Of a stretch of 64,000 bases of DNA, positions 9,011-17,879 are shown piece after piece (within the stretch, counting starts at the first letter, position 1; each line of letters opens with the position of its first letter). The notes beneath the pieces were generated by a model. That model had not been told where the DNA came from. It saw only the letters and a list, made by a program, of their open reading frames with translations, and did no database searches. The position numbers and the translations under genes are program-made. The DNA comes from a bacterium (GTDB lineage Bacteria; Actinomycetota; Acidimicrobiia; Spongiisociales; ZC4RG35), in NCBI GenBank assembly GCA_028819345.1, contig JAPPLW010000004.1:3530-67529 (forward strand). The letters run 5' to 3'.

Positions 9011-11275
9011 CTACGGCAGTCCGATGCTGGGATCGATGAACTCGTTGGTGACGATGTCGGTGGCCGTCACGTTCGGGTCCCAGGTCTCCAGTCCCTGCGG
9101 GCCGTAGATGTCGGCCAGAAGGGCGATCACCTCGTTGACCCGATCCAGGTCGAAGTCGCCGAGGGTGTCGTTGGGACCGTTCCCGATCAGGCCCAACTCG
9201 AGCTGGGCGTCGTGGGAGAACTGGGCCACTCCGGGACTGTATGTCCAGAAGCTCTCCAGCGCGGCCACGATCTCGACGATCTGGGCGTTGGTGGCGGCCG
9301 GGTCGGCGGCGTAGTCCACCTGGGCCTGTTGCACTAGGGGCACGAACAGCTCCCAGCACTCGCGGTACTCCTCGACGATGTCGGGCTTGGTGGCCAACAA
9401 CTGCGCGTACATCTCCAAGCCGGAGTCGTGGATCAGCATGAAGTCCACCGGCTTGCCCCAGTCCTCGAACTCGTACTGGTACTGGAAGGGTTCAGCCGAA
9501 GCGAATCCCTGCTGTACGAGGTTGCCCTCGGCGATGAACCGGGCGGGCGACCCGTCGTAGGAAGCGTCGATCTGGTCTTCGGTGACCCAGCCCCTACCCA
9601 ACAGGAAGTCGATGTAGGTGGCGCCCTCGAAATATAGGAGGGTCCCGTCGTTCGCTCTGAGCTGATCGCCCAAGTCCTCGAAACTCTCCAAACTGTATAC
9701 CTCGGGATCCCACATCACGATCTGGGGGTTCTTGTCGCGGGGGGCGACGATTCCCAGGGTGGGCTGGGAGCCATAGAGTCTCACCTGCTCATCGGTGTTG
9801 GTGTACGCCAGGTGGATCGACGGGTCCTGGTAGAGGAGCGAGATGTCGTTCTGGAAGCCGATGTATGGGCCGCCGGCCCGGACTTCCAGCATCACGCCGG
9901 TGTCGCCGATCTCGTTGGTGTAGGTCCCGTTAGTGGAGTCGATCACGCCTCCAGGACCGGCCAGGTGGTACAACTCGGAGTGCTCGGCCTCGGGGAACCA
10001 GTCGGTCTGGACCACGATCGTGGCGGGGCACACATCAGCCAGGGAAGCCATGGCCATGTCGTCCATGTCCATCGAGGGCAGTCCGATGCTCGGGTCGATG
10101 AACTCGTTGGTGACGATGTCGGTGGCTGTGACGTTCGGATCCCAGGTCTCCAGTCCCTGCGGACCGTAGATGTCGGCCAGCAGGGCGATGACCTCGTTGA
10201 CCCGATCAAGGTCGAAGTCGCCGAGGGTGTCGTTGGGGCCGTTCCCGATCAGGCCCAACTCGAGTTGGGCGTCATGGGAGAACTGCGCCACTCCCGGGCT
10301 GTAGGTCCAGAAGCTCTCCAGCGCGGCCACGATCTCGACGATCTGTGCGTTGGTGGCGGCCGGGTCGGCGGCGTAGTCCACTTGAGCCTGCTGCACCAGG
10401 GGCACGAACAGTTCCCAGCACTCGCGGTGTTCCTCGATGATGTCGGGCTTGGTGGCCAGCAGCTGCGCGTACATCTCCAAGCCGGAGTCGTGGATCAGCA
10501 TGATCTCGACCGGCTTGCCCCAGTCCTGGAACTCGTTCTGGTACATGTACGGCTCGGCAGAGGCGAATCCCTGCTGTACCAGGTTGCCCTCGGCGATGAA
10601 CCGGGCGGGAGACCCGTCGTATGAGGCGTCGACCTGGTCTTCGGACACCCAACCCTTGCCCAGCAGGTAATCGATGTAGGTGGCTCCCTCGAAATAGAGG
10701 AGGGTCGCCCCCGACGCGCCGATGTCGGCGAAGCTGTCGAAGGAGTACACGGCCGGGTCCCACATCACCATCTGGGGGTTCTTCTCGCGAGGAGCGACGA
10801 TGCCCAGAGTGGGTTGGGAAGCGGAGAGTCTCACCTGCTCATCGGTGTTGGTGTACGCCAGGTGGATCGACGAATCCTGGTAGAGGAGCGAGATGTCGTT
10901 CTGGAAGCCGATGTAGGGGCCGCCGGCCCGGACTTCCAGCATCACGCCCGTGTTACCGATCTCGTTGGTGTAGGTCCCGTTGGTGGAGTCGATCACGCCG
11001 CCCGGACCGGCCAGGTGGTACAACTCCGAGTGCTCGGCCTCGGGGAACCAGTCGGTCTGGACCACGATCGTGGCGGGGCACACATCAGCCAGGGCCACGT
11101 CCGGCATTGCTGCGGTGGTCTCGGTGGGTGCTGCCGTGGTGGCCGGCGCGGCGGTGGTGGCCGGCGCGGCGGTGGTCTCGGCGACTTCCTCGTCACCGTC
11201 TCCGCAGGCCGCTACGACCAGGGCCAGCACAGCCAAGGCGGCCAGCCACCTCGGCACCTTGCGATGGTTCTTCAT
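9011..11275 (-). CDS. lipoprotein: tandem double NMT1/THI5 (ThiY/SsuA-like) ABC substrate-binding protein
   Basis: ORF 9011..11377. ATG 11275 gives MKNHRKVPRWLAALAVLALVVAACGDG (lipobox LVVAAC). Two consecutive ~340-aa near-identical binding-protein modules follow. Downstream of the permease and ATPase genes of the same family. Confidence 0.85.
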   Translation of the reverse strand: MKNHRKVPRWLAALAVLALVVAACGDGDEEVAETTAAPATTAAPATTAAPTETTAAMPDVALADVCPATIVVQTDWFPEAEHSELYHLAGPGGVIDSTNGTYTNEIGNTGVMLEVRAGGPYIGFQNDISLLYQDSSIHLAYTNTDEQVRLSASQPTLGIVAPREKNPQMVMWDPAVYSFDSFADIGASGATLLYFEGATYIDYLLGKGWVSEDQVDASYDGSPARFIAEGNLVQQGFASAEPYMYQNEFQDWGKPVEIMLIHDSGLEMYAQLLATKPDIIEEHRECWELFVPLVQQAQVDYAADPAATNAQIVEIVAALESFWTYSPGVAQFSHDAQLELGLIGNGPNDTLGDFDLDRVNEVIALLADIYGPQGLETWDPNVTATDIVTNEFIDPSIGLPSMDMDDMAMASLADVCPATIVVQTDWFPEAEHSELYHLAGPGGVIDSTNGTYTNEIGDTGVMLEVRAGGPYIGFQNDISLLYQDPSIHLAYTNTDEQVRLYGSQPTLGIVAPRDKNPQIVMWDPEVYSLESFEDLGDQLRANDGTLLYFEGATYIDFLLGRGWVTEDQIDASYDGSPARFIAEGNLVQQGFASAEPFQYQYEFEDWGKPVDFMLIHDSGLEMYAQLLATKPDIVEEYRECWELFVPLVQQAQVDYAADPAATNAQIVEIVAALESFWTYSPGVAQFSHDAQLELGLIGNGPNDTLGDFDLDRVNEVIALLADIYGPQGLETWDPNVTATDIVTNEFIDPSIGLP
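9014..11092 (-). repeat. intragenic tandem duplication: two ~1.02 kb units (9014..10042 and 10076..11092) joined by a 33-nt linker
   Basis: DNA at 9015.. and 10077.. aligns by eye (offset 1062 nt at the 3' ends, 1050 nt at the 5' ends, so a 12-nt indel). The two protein halves start LADVCPATIVVQTDWFPEAEHSELYHLAGPGG and end NEFIDPSIGLP. Confidence 0.9.
11138..11173 (-). repeat. 18-nt tandem repeat (x2, plus a degenerate third copy) encoding the PATTAA linker after the lipobox
   Basis: ggtggccggcgcggcggt occurs twice in a row on the + strand. Translation on the minus strand is TTAAPATTAAPATTAAPTETTAA. Confidence 0.6.
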
Positions 11276-11351
11276 GTTGAATCTCCTTTCGTTCGAACCC
11301 TTGAGGTCTTGTCGTCTGAATGCGTCATTTAAGATTGGTCGACAGTGGCTT

Positions 11352-12158
11352 TCAGGTGGTTTCGTGCCATTTTCCAACTACCAGCCTACCCAGGAAACCG
11401 AATCCCCAGAAAACCAGAATGCCCAGCAGAGAGGAGAAGACCAGAGCGGTGAAAAGCTGTTCGGTGAGCAGCCGGGCCCGGTAGAGGTCGAGCAATCTTC
11501 CCAAACCGGGGATCCCCTTGCGGAAGAAGAACTCGCCGACGATGGCGCCGATTACCGAGAGACCTGCTGAAATACGGAACCCGGCGAAAATGGCGGGGAG
11601 GGCATTGGGAAACTGGAGCTTCACCAGGCGGGTCAGCCGGCTTGACCGGTGCAAAGTGAAGAGGTCATGGAAGGAGGCGGGCACCGACTGGAGACCGAAG
11701 AGGGTGTTGGTGATGATCGGGAAAATGGAGATGATCACGCACACCACCACCCGGCTGGTGAACCCGAACCCGAGCCACAGACCCACCAGGGGAACGATGG
11801 CCAGGATGGGCACGGTCTGGATGATCACCGCGTAGGGGTAGAAGGAGGTCTCCACCCACTTGGCCTGGCTCATCATGATGGCCGAAGTCATTCCCAGCAC
11901 TATGGCGATCACCAGGCCGGTCATGGAGACCGCCACCGTCCAGAGCAGTCCCTCCAGCACTTGGAACAGGTTGTCCTGGTTGACGAAACCGACGTCTATC
12001 ACCTCGTTCGGGGTGGGCAGCAGGAACTGCCGGTCGGGATCGAGGCTCAGGCTGATGGCGTACCAGATGCCCAACACCACGAGGAACACCACGATCGGGG
12101 GTCCCAGCCGGTAAGTGGAGGAGCGGAGCCGGGAGGAGGTGTGTCGGGCGGTGCTCAT
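11352..12158 (-). CDS. ABC transporter permease (nitrate/sulfonate/taurine NitT/TauT family)
   Basis: Six hydrophobic segments and the EAA-like loop LTRLVKLQFPNALPAIFAGFRISAGLSVIGAIVGEF. Abuts the ATPase gene (stop 12159 / start 12158). Confidence 0.85.
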   Translation of the reverse strand: MSTARHTSSRLRSSTYRLGPPIVVFLVVLGIWYAISLSLDPDRQFLLPTPNEVIDVGFVNQDNLFQVLEGLLWTVAVSMTGLVIAIVLGMTSAIMMSQAKWVETSFYPYAVIIQTVPILAIVPLVGLWLGFGFTSRVVVCVIISIFPIITNTLFGLQSVPASFHDLFTLHRSSRLTRLVKLQFPNALPAIFAGFRISAGLSVIGAIVGEFFFRKGIPGLGRLLDLYRARLLTEQLFTALVFSSLLGILVFWGFGFLGRLVVGKWHETT

Positions 12159-12953
12159 CTATTCATCTCTCAGGACTTCGGAGACTTCTCCGGTCAACTC
12201 GGCGAACGCCGGGTCGAATCGAAGGTCCAGATCGCGGGGGTAGGGAAACGGGATACTGAAAGACTTGAGTATGCGCCCGGGCCGGGAGGACATCACCAGG
12301 ACGTCGGTTGACAGGAACACCGCCTCGTACAGGTTGTGGGTGATGAACACCGCCCCGAAACCGGCGTGGGCGAAAATCCGCAGCAACTCCAGGTTGAGGT
12401 ATTCCCGGGTGATCTCATCCAGGGCCCCGAACGGCTCGTCGAAGAAGAAGAGAGGAGGATCCAGGGTGAGGGACCTCGCCAGAGAAACCCTCATCTTCAT
12501 CCCGCCCGACAATGCGGCGGGGTAATGCCGGTTGAACCCGCTCAGGCCCACCAGTTCGATGGCGTCCTTGGCTCTCTTACGCCTCTCGCTCCGATCGAAA
12601 CCGCGCAGTTCGCAGAAGAGTTCCACGTTCTTCTGAACGGTCCGCCAGGGCAGGAGAGTGGCGTCCTGGAAGACGTAACCCAGGTTCCCCTCGGACCGGC
12701 GGACTTCACCGGAGCTGGCTGAGAGGAGGCCCGATCCCATTCTGAGCAATGTGGACTTACCGCAGCCGGAGGGGCCGACGACCGTCACGAACTGGCCCGG
12801 TTCCACCTTGAATGAGACACTGTCCACCGCATGGGTCCCGTCGGGGAAGGTCTTGCTGACGTTCTCGAAGGAGATCAGGGTGGAGGAAGAACCGCCGCCC
12901 CGCGTGTCTCCATGGTTCGAGGGCTGGATGTTTGAGATTTGTCGGTCCCCCAT
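12159..12953 (-). CDS. ABC transporter ATP-binding protein (NitT/TauT family)
   Basis: Walker A GPSGCGKSTLLRM, signature LSGGMKMRVSLARSL, Walker B LFFFDEPFGALD. Confidence 0.9.
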   Translation of the reverse strand: MGDRQISNIQPSNHGDTRGGGSSSTLISFENVSKTFPDGTHAVDSVSFKVEPGQFVTVVGPSGCGKSTLLRMGSGLLSASSGEVRRSEGNLGYVFQDATLLPWRTVQKNVELFCELRGFDRSERRKRAKDAIELVGLSGFNRHYPAALSGGMKMRVSLARSLTLDPPLFFFDEPFGALDEITREYLNLELLRIFAHAGFGAVFITHNLYEAVFLSTDVLVMSSRPGRILKSFSIPFPYPRDLDLRFDPAFAELTGEVSEVLRDE

Positions 12954-12965
12954 CCGTGTCTTGGA

Positions 12966-14171
12966 TTAGTTGCTTCCAGAGGCGACCACTACGCCCTCTC
13001 TCATGGTAATCCGCGCGGGGCGGATAGAAAGCGCTTCGTTGAGAGTTTTCGCTTCCACGAAGGCCAGATCGGCCCTCTCTCCCGACCTGGGAGCGGACCG
13101 GCCGTCACTGAGAGCGGAGAGGAGGAAGGCGTCGTCGTACAGGTGCCCGGCCAGCCTCGCCAGGTAGCCCACTTCCAGGGGGTCTGCGGTGGGAAAGGGA
13201 CAGAAGGTGTCGTCCACGTTGTCGACGCCCAGCCTCACATGCACCCCTTCATCGATCAGCAGGTTGATGGGCGCCAGGGCCCGGCGGGGTGAGTGGACCC
13301 GGTATTCGTGCAGGATCAGGTTGGTGCGCGGCTGGCAGTTGACGGTTATCCCCAGCCCGGCCATGCGTCGAGCGAGGGAGCGGGTCTGCTGTTCTCCCAG
13401 TGCGCTCAGGAGGCAGCAGTGGCTGAACGAGACCCGTCCCTCCAAACGTCGGCGCTCCACCTCGTCGAGGGCGAAGTCCATCAGGAGCCGGCTGGGATCC
13501 AGCGTCTCGTCTATGTGCACATCTACCTCCACGCCGGTTCTCACCGCCAGTTCCATCATCGAACTGATCGACTCGGACGGCCGGGAGTCATGATTGGGTG
13601 AGCCCCCGATCAGCTGGTACCTGCCCATGCTCAGGTCCCTGTGCAGCCTCGATGTCTCCTCCCGGTCTGTAAGGGTGTCCGCTACTGCGAAGGCAACCAA
13701 TTCGATCTCCATGACCTTCTTCATCTGCTCCCGCACTTCCCCCATCACCTCCCACCGGGGGGCGGCGATGTGTTCGGGGTGGCACCCGACATGGCCCCTG
13801 GCCCGGGTGGCGCCGTTGGTCGACAGGGTGGAGAAGAGTTTTCTGGCCCGTTCGGCGGCGGTCTCCGGTATGTAGCCCTCCGGCCTAGCCCCCGTCTCGA
13901 TGGCGTCCTCCAGGGAACGGGGTGGGCGGGGAGAGCCGACGTATGCGCGGTCGGGATGCAGGTGCGGCTCGGCGAAAGACGGCATGGCCAGGTGCGAAGG
14001 CTCCGGGACGAGCCCTCCCGGCCGGTCGGGGAAGGGTTTGATCTCGGTGATGAGGCCGCGGCGCATCGAGATGACCTGAGGTCTCGAATACTCGGATACG
14101 TTGACCGGCCCGACAGCCGCGGGCCGGTCTCCTTCAGCCAGGCGCCGGGGGTGGGTGGGCAATTCCCTCAT
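12966..14171 (-). CDS. cytosine-deaminase-like amidohydrolase (CodA / creatinine deaminase / AtzC family)
   Basis: FAEPHLHPD (HxH), VDVHIDETLDP, SFSHCC and RLGVDNVDD line up with the CodA metal/active-site motifs as I remember them. The start overlaps the upstream stop (ATGA at 14168..14171). Confidence 0.75.
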   Translation of the reverse strand: MRELPTHPRRLAEGDRPAAVGPVNVSEYSRPQVISMRRGLITEIKPFPDRPGGLVPEPSHLAMPSFAEPHLHPDRAYVGSPRPPRSLEDAIETGARPEGYIPETAAERARKLFSTLSTNGATRARGHVGCHPEHIAAPRWEVMGEVREQMKKVMEIELVAFAVADTLTDREETSRLHRDLSMGRYQLIGGSPNHDSRPSESISSMMELAVRTGVEVDVHIDETLDPSRLLMDFALDEVERRRLEGRVSFSHCCLLSALGEQQTRSLARRMAGLGITVNCQPRTNLILHEYRVHSPRRALAPINLLIDEGVHVRLGVDNVDDTFCPFPTADPLEVGYLARLAGHLYDDAFLLSALSDGRSAPRSGERADLAFVEAKTLNEALSIRPARITMREGVVVASGSN

Positions 14172-15622
14172 TGGTAGAGAACGGTGGTCAGGGGGATATC
14201 TGTTCTGCCCAGGCCGGCCCGGGTGCGGATGCCTGCGGCCCTCCTCCGGGCTTCGACGTGCAGTGCAGCCTCGTCGATGCCGATCACCCGGCCATTACGA
14301 AAGCAGGGCCGACCGTCTACCCAGGTCTCGTGCACCGAAGCCGTCGACGCCGACCAGACCAGCGCCGAGAGGGGGTCGCCGTAGGGTATCCACTCGGGGT
14401 GGTCGAGGTCCCACAACACGAAGTCGGCCTTCTTTCCCACCTCCAGCGAGCCGATCTGATCATCCATGCCCAGGGCCTTGGCCCCATCGATGGTGGCCAT
14501 ACGCAGCGCCTGGCGCGCCCCCACCAGCGAAGCATCCATGCGGGCATCCTTGAACAGACCGGCGGCGAGGTGCACCTGGCGGTGCAGGTTGAGATTGCCC
14601 GCGGCGGAGACGCCGTCGGTCCCCAGGCCCACCGTCACTTCCGCCTCCATCATCTCGGGGTACTTTCCGATCGAGGTGGCGCCTTTGGCGAGTTTCAGAG
14701 AAGTGGACGGACAGAAGGCCACCTTGGTCCGATGGGAGGAGAGAAGATCCACCTCCTCCGGCGTCACCGCCACCGCATGAGCGATCACCAGGTTGTCGCC
14801 CAAGCCTCCTGCTCGCGCCACCCTGGTGATCGGCCAGCTTCCATGGCGTCGTTGGGAGATCTCCGCTTCGGCCAGGGAGGTGGCGAGGTGGTAGGTCGTG
14901 CCCACCCCCAGTCTCGCCGCCAGTTCCCGCGCGCCCACATGAAGCTCCAGACTGCAGGGCTCCTTCCCCTCGATGTTCACCCACACCCCGAGTCGCCCCC
15001 CGGCCGACCCGTTCCAGGCGGAAACCGTCTCGGCCAGGGCTTCAAGCGCCGCCTCGGCGTCGGGAAAGAAGTGATGATCGACTATCTCGGTCGACCAGCC
15101 TCGGGGGATCTCGGTGGGTTTGACGTCGGCGGCGTGGCGGCCGGTGATACCCCGGATCCCGGTCTGTTCCACGGCGGAGGCCACCGGCGCCGGGTCGTTC
15201 TGGGCGCCCATGTCCAGAAAGCAGGTGGTCCCTCCCCGTAGCATCTCCGCGGTCCCCAGGAGCGCCCCCACCTCTTCGTCCTCGGGACTGACATGGGCGT
15301 AGAAGGGCTTCGCCCAGTGGAACACCCAGGTGCGGGTGTCGATCACATCGGGGAACACCGCCCTGGACAGCGTTTCGGAGAGGTGGACGTGGGAGTCAAC
15401 CAGTCCGGGAGTCAGTCCCAAGCGCCGACCATCCAGCCGATCCACGGGTTGGCCCCCGGCGCCCGAGTGCATCCTCTTTTCAACCTCGGCCGTGGCGCCC
15501 AAGTCCTTTATCCGATCGCCTTCTATCAGGATTGCTCCGTCGGTTATCACCCGGTCATCCCGGTCGCAGGTTATGGCGAATTCCAGGCGTTCTATAAGGA
15601 TCAATGAGGTCACGGGGATCAC
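14168..15622 (-). CDS. amidohydrolase, Atz/Trz / SsnA / MTA-SAH-deaminase-like family
   Basis: PGLVDSHVHLSE (HxH), GTTCFLDMG, TYHLATS, HAVAVTPEE and GLGTDGVSA are typical of the chlorohydrolase/aminohydrolase subgroup. Confidence 0.8.
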   Translation of the reverse strand: MIPVTSLILIERLEFAITCDRDDRVITDGAILIEGDRIKDLGATAEVEKRMHSGAGGQPVDRLDGRRLGLTPGLVDSHVHLSETLSRAVFPDVIDTRTWVFHWAKPFYAHVSPEDEEVGALLGTAEMLRGGTTCFLDMGAQNDPAPVASAVEQTGIRGITGRHAADVKPTEIPRGWSTEIVDHHFFPDAEAALEALAETVSAWNGSAGGRLGVWVNIEGKEPCSLELHVGARELAARLGVGTTYHLATSLAEAEISQRRHGSWPITRVARAGGLGDNLVIAHAVAVTPEEVDLLSSHRTKVAFCPSTSLKLAKGATSIGKYPEMMEAEVTVGLGTDGVSAAGNLNLHRQVHLAAGLFKDARMDASLVGARQALRMATIDGAKALGMDDQIGSLEVGKKADFVLWDLDHPEWIPYGDPLSALVWSASTASVHETWVDGRPCFRNGRVIGIDEAALHVEARRRAAGIRTRAGLGRTDIPLTTVLYQ

Positions 15623-15647
15623 GGCCTTTCCGAGAACTGGCCGCGTA

Positions 15648-16538
15648 CTAGGAAGGGTATGTGGCCCGATAACGCATGTACAAGTAGTCCCCCGCTTTGC
15701 GAACCGACAGGATCTTCATCCTCGGTATGTCATCGGGGAGCCAACCGGTTCCCTCCACCAGGCTGGGCCTTGGGTTGCCGGGACTCTCTCCCACCACCAG
15801 CGGCGACCGGGTGATGAAGGGCTCATGCATGATCCCGGCTTTGAGGAGGGCACCGTATAGCGTGGCGCCGCCCTCGCACAGGAGGAACTCGACACCGTAA
15901 TCTCCGGCCATTATGCGGGCGTAGCGCTCCAGGTTCACTCCGCTGCTTCCAAACTCGAGGATGTCGATCTTGCCGGCCGGCCGGACCGTGGCGCGAATTT
16001 TCCGGGCGCCGGCCCTGGTGGTGGCCACCACCACGTGGGCGTCCTCCATCGAGAACACCTTGGCCTCGGTTGGAAGGTTGCCGTCGAGGGTTATGTAGGA
16101 GATGATGGGGAGTTCCGAGCGGTTCTCGTGCCGGCGGAGGGCGGCGAAGGCATCCTTGTCTCCGGGATAGATGTCTTCGGATGTGTTGACGTGGCTGGGT
16201 TCGGCTCGGAGGGTTCCCTCGCCTATGACCACGGCGTCGGCTCGGGCGCGGAGCAAGCCCATCAGCCACACATCGTTGTCGTTGAACCCCGAGATCGGGC
16301 CGCCTCCCCGGTGGTCGGGGTGGTTGAAGGCCACTCGGCCGTCATGAGAGGTGACGAAATTGGCCGCCAGCAGGGGCAGGCCCTTGACAGGAGGCTTGAG
16401 TCGCAGGGGACCGCCGTACACCGCTGCGAGGTCAGGGTGCAGTTCCAGTCCCTCTCCGTCGGAGGCCGTTTCCTCATCGAACAACGTCTCGAACCGAAGA
16501 GCCGGTCCATGTACCGAGATGGGGGTGTCTTGTGTCAT
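15648..16538 (-). CDS. RibD C-terminal-domain (dihydrofolate-reductase-like) reductase family protein
   Basis: NFVTSHDGRVAF, DVWLMGLLRARADAVVIGEGTL and LLCEGGATLYGALLKAG resemble the pyrimidine-reductase domain of RibD. No deaminase domain is present. Confidence 0.7.
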   Translation of the reverse strand: MTQDTPISVHGPALRFETLFDEETASDGEGLELHPDLAAVYGGPLRLKPPVKGLPLLAANFVTSHDGRVAFNHPDHRGGGPISGFNDNDVWLMGLLRARADAVVIGEGTLRAEPSHVNTSEDIYPGDKDAFAALRRHENRSELPIISYITLDGNLPTEAKVFSMEDAHVVVATTRAGARKIRATVRPAGKIDILEFGSSGVNLERYARIMAGDYGVEFLLCEGGATLYGALLKAGIMHEPFITRSPLVVGESPGNPRPSLVEGTGWLPDDIPRMKILSVRKAGDYLYMRYRATYPS

Positions 16539-16654
16539 TCTTCTAGACCTGCTCCTGGTGATTGTCTACCGGGAGTGAACGATACAGGGTCCACCCAGAG
16601 GCCTGGCTGGCCGCCGGTTGTTACGATTCCATCGACCACCCGGAGGATCCCAGG

Positions 16655-17770
16655 ATGAGAGAACAGGTGATGGCCCGCCTTCGCCCGGCCTTGGAGGAAC
16701 AAGGCTGGGATGGTCTGGTGGTTTCCTCTCCGGAGAACTTCGCCTATCTGGCCGGGTTCGTTGTTCCCTCCCACCCGCTGATGCGCTGGCGCCATGCGGC
16801 GGTCGTGCTTCCGGCTGGCGGTGATCCGGCAGTGATGTGCATCGGGGTCGAAGAGGCCATGGTCCGCCAGAGGACCGGAGCCGCCGAGGTGGCGGTGTGG
16901 GACGAGTTCGGCGACGATCCGATGGCCTGCCTTGCCGGGTTGTTGGAGCGGCTGGGCCTGAGTCGGGGTCGGTTGGGCGTGGAACTGGGATACATGCCGG
17001 CGGCGGATTTCGCCCGTCTCCGGGAAGCAGCGCCCGGTGTGGAGTGGGTGGCGGCCGACCGATGGTTGGGGAGGCAGCGGCAGGTCAAGACCCCGGAGGA
17101 ATTGGCGCTCCTGGCCCGCTTGTCCCGTATCTCCGACGTCTCCATCGGCGCGGCGCTCGGGGCGGTGAAGGCTGGGGACACCGAGATGGAGATCGCCGCC
17201 GCGCTCACCGACGGCATCTACCGGGGTGGCGCCGAGGACTTCAAGCTGATGATCGTTGCCACCGGTCCCCGCAGCCAGTTGGCCAACGTTGGTCCTACCG
17301 AACGGGTCCTCGAGGAGGGGGACGTGTGCAGGGTGGAGATCTTCGCGGTGGCGGAGGGGTACCACGCCGGAGTATGCCGCACCGCCGTCGTAGGGTCGCC
17401 ACCACCGGAGGCGGTCGGGATCTGGGCCAATCTGGTGGAATGCCGCGATGTCTTGCTGGACGCCATCCGCCCGGGAGTCTCCAGCCGGTCGGTGTGGGAC
17501 CGCTTCGAGGCCCTGTGCGGCCCCCTAGGCCTGCCGCTCTTCTCCTTCGTCGGTCACGGGATCGGACTATCCCTGCACGAGCACCCCTACCTGAGTCCCC
17601 GCCACGACCAGGTGCTGGAAGAGGGAATGGTGTTCGGAGTGGAACCCCTGATCTACGACACCGGCCACGGCTTCGGGCTCCAACTCAAAGACATGGTCGA
17701 GGTAACCGCCCAGGGAGCAAGGCTCCTGTCGGATGTAAACCACAACCGGGAGTTAATCACCGTGGGTTGA
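16655..17770 (+). CDS. M24-family protein (creatinase / Xaa-Pro peptidase fold) with substituted metal ligands
   Basis: ORF 16562..17770; ATG 16655 gives MREQVMARLRPALEEQGWDGLVVSSPENFAYL (creatinase_N-like). Pita-bread motifs are GDVCRVEIF, GYHAGVCRT, VGHGIGLSLHE, GMVFGVEP and GLQLKDMVEV. Confidence 0.8.
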   Translation: MREQVMARLRPALEEQGWDGLVVSSPENFAYLAGFVVPSHPLMRWRHAAVVLPAGGDPAVMCIGVEEAMVRQRTGAAEVAVWDEFGDDPMACLAGLLERLGLSRGRLGVELGYMPAADFARLREAAPGVEWVAADRWLGRQRQVKTPEELALLARLSRISDVSIGAALGAVKAGDTEMEIAAALTDGIYRGGAEDFKLMIVATGPRSQLANVGPTERVLEEGDVCRVEIFAVAEGYHAGVCRTAVVGSPPPEAVGIWANLVECRDVLLDAIRPGVSSRSVWDRFEALCGPLGLPLFSFVGHGIGLSLHEHPYLSPRHDQVLEEGMVFGVEPLIYDTGHGFGLQLKDMVEVTAQGARLLSDVNHNRELITVG

Positions 17771-17879
17771 GCGGCGAGGCAGCTGTCCGGCCAACTTATA
17801 AAAGAGTCTCGGGTTTACGAAAGAACTTTTGTAAAGCGGGTCAAAAGGTGTATGTCGCTTGGCTGGTGATGAGAGCCGG

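Noticed and set aside
9014-11092. The ~1 kb direct repeat as an IS element, gene-cassette array or assembly duplication
   Set aside because: Both units lie in one continuous reading frame of a binding protein. There are no transposase genes or terminal inverted repeats. The scattered synonymous and non-synonymous differences argue against an assembly artefact.
17814-17835. AU-rich imperfect hairpin tttacgaaag-aa-cttttgtaaa between the convergent M24 and NQO genes as a bidirectional terminator
   Set aside because: The stem is A/U-rich with a G-U pair and no flanking U-tract, so it is too weak to annotate. It is noted only as an unusually AT-rich patch.
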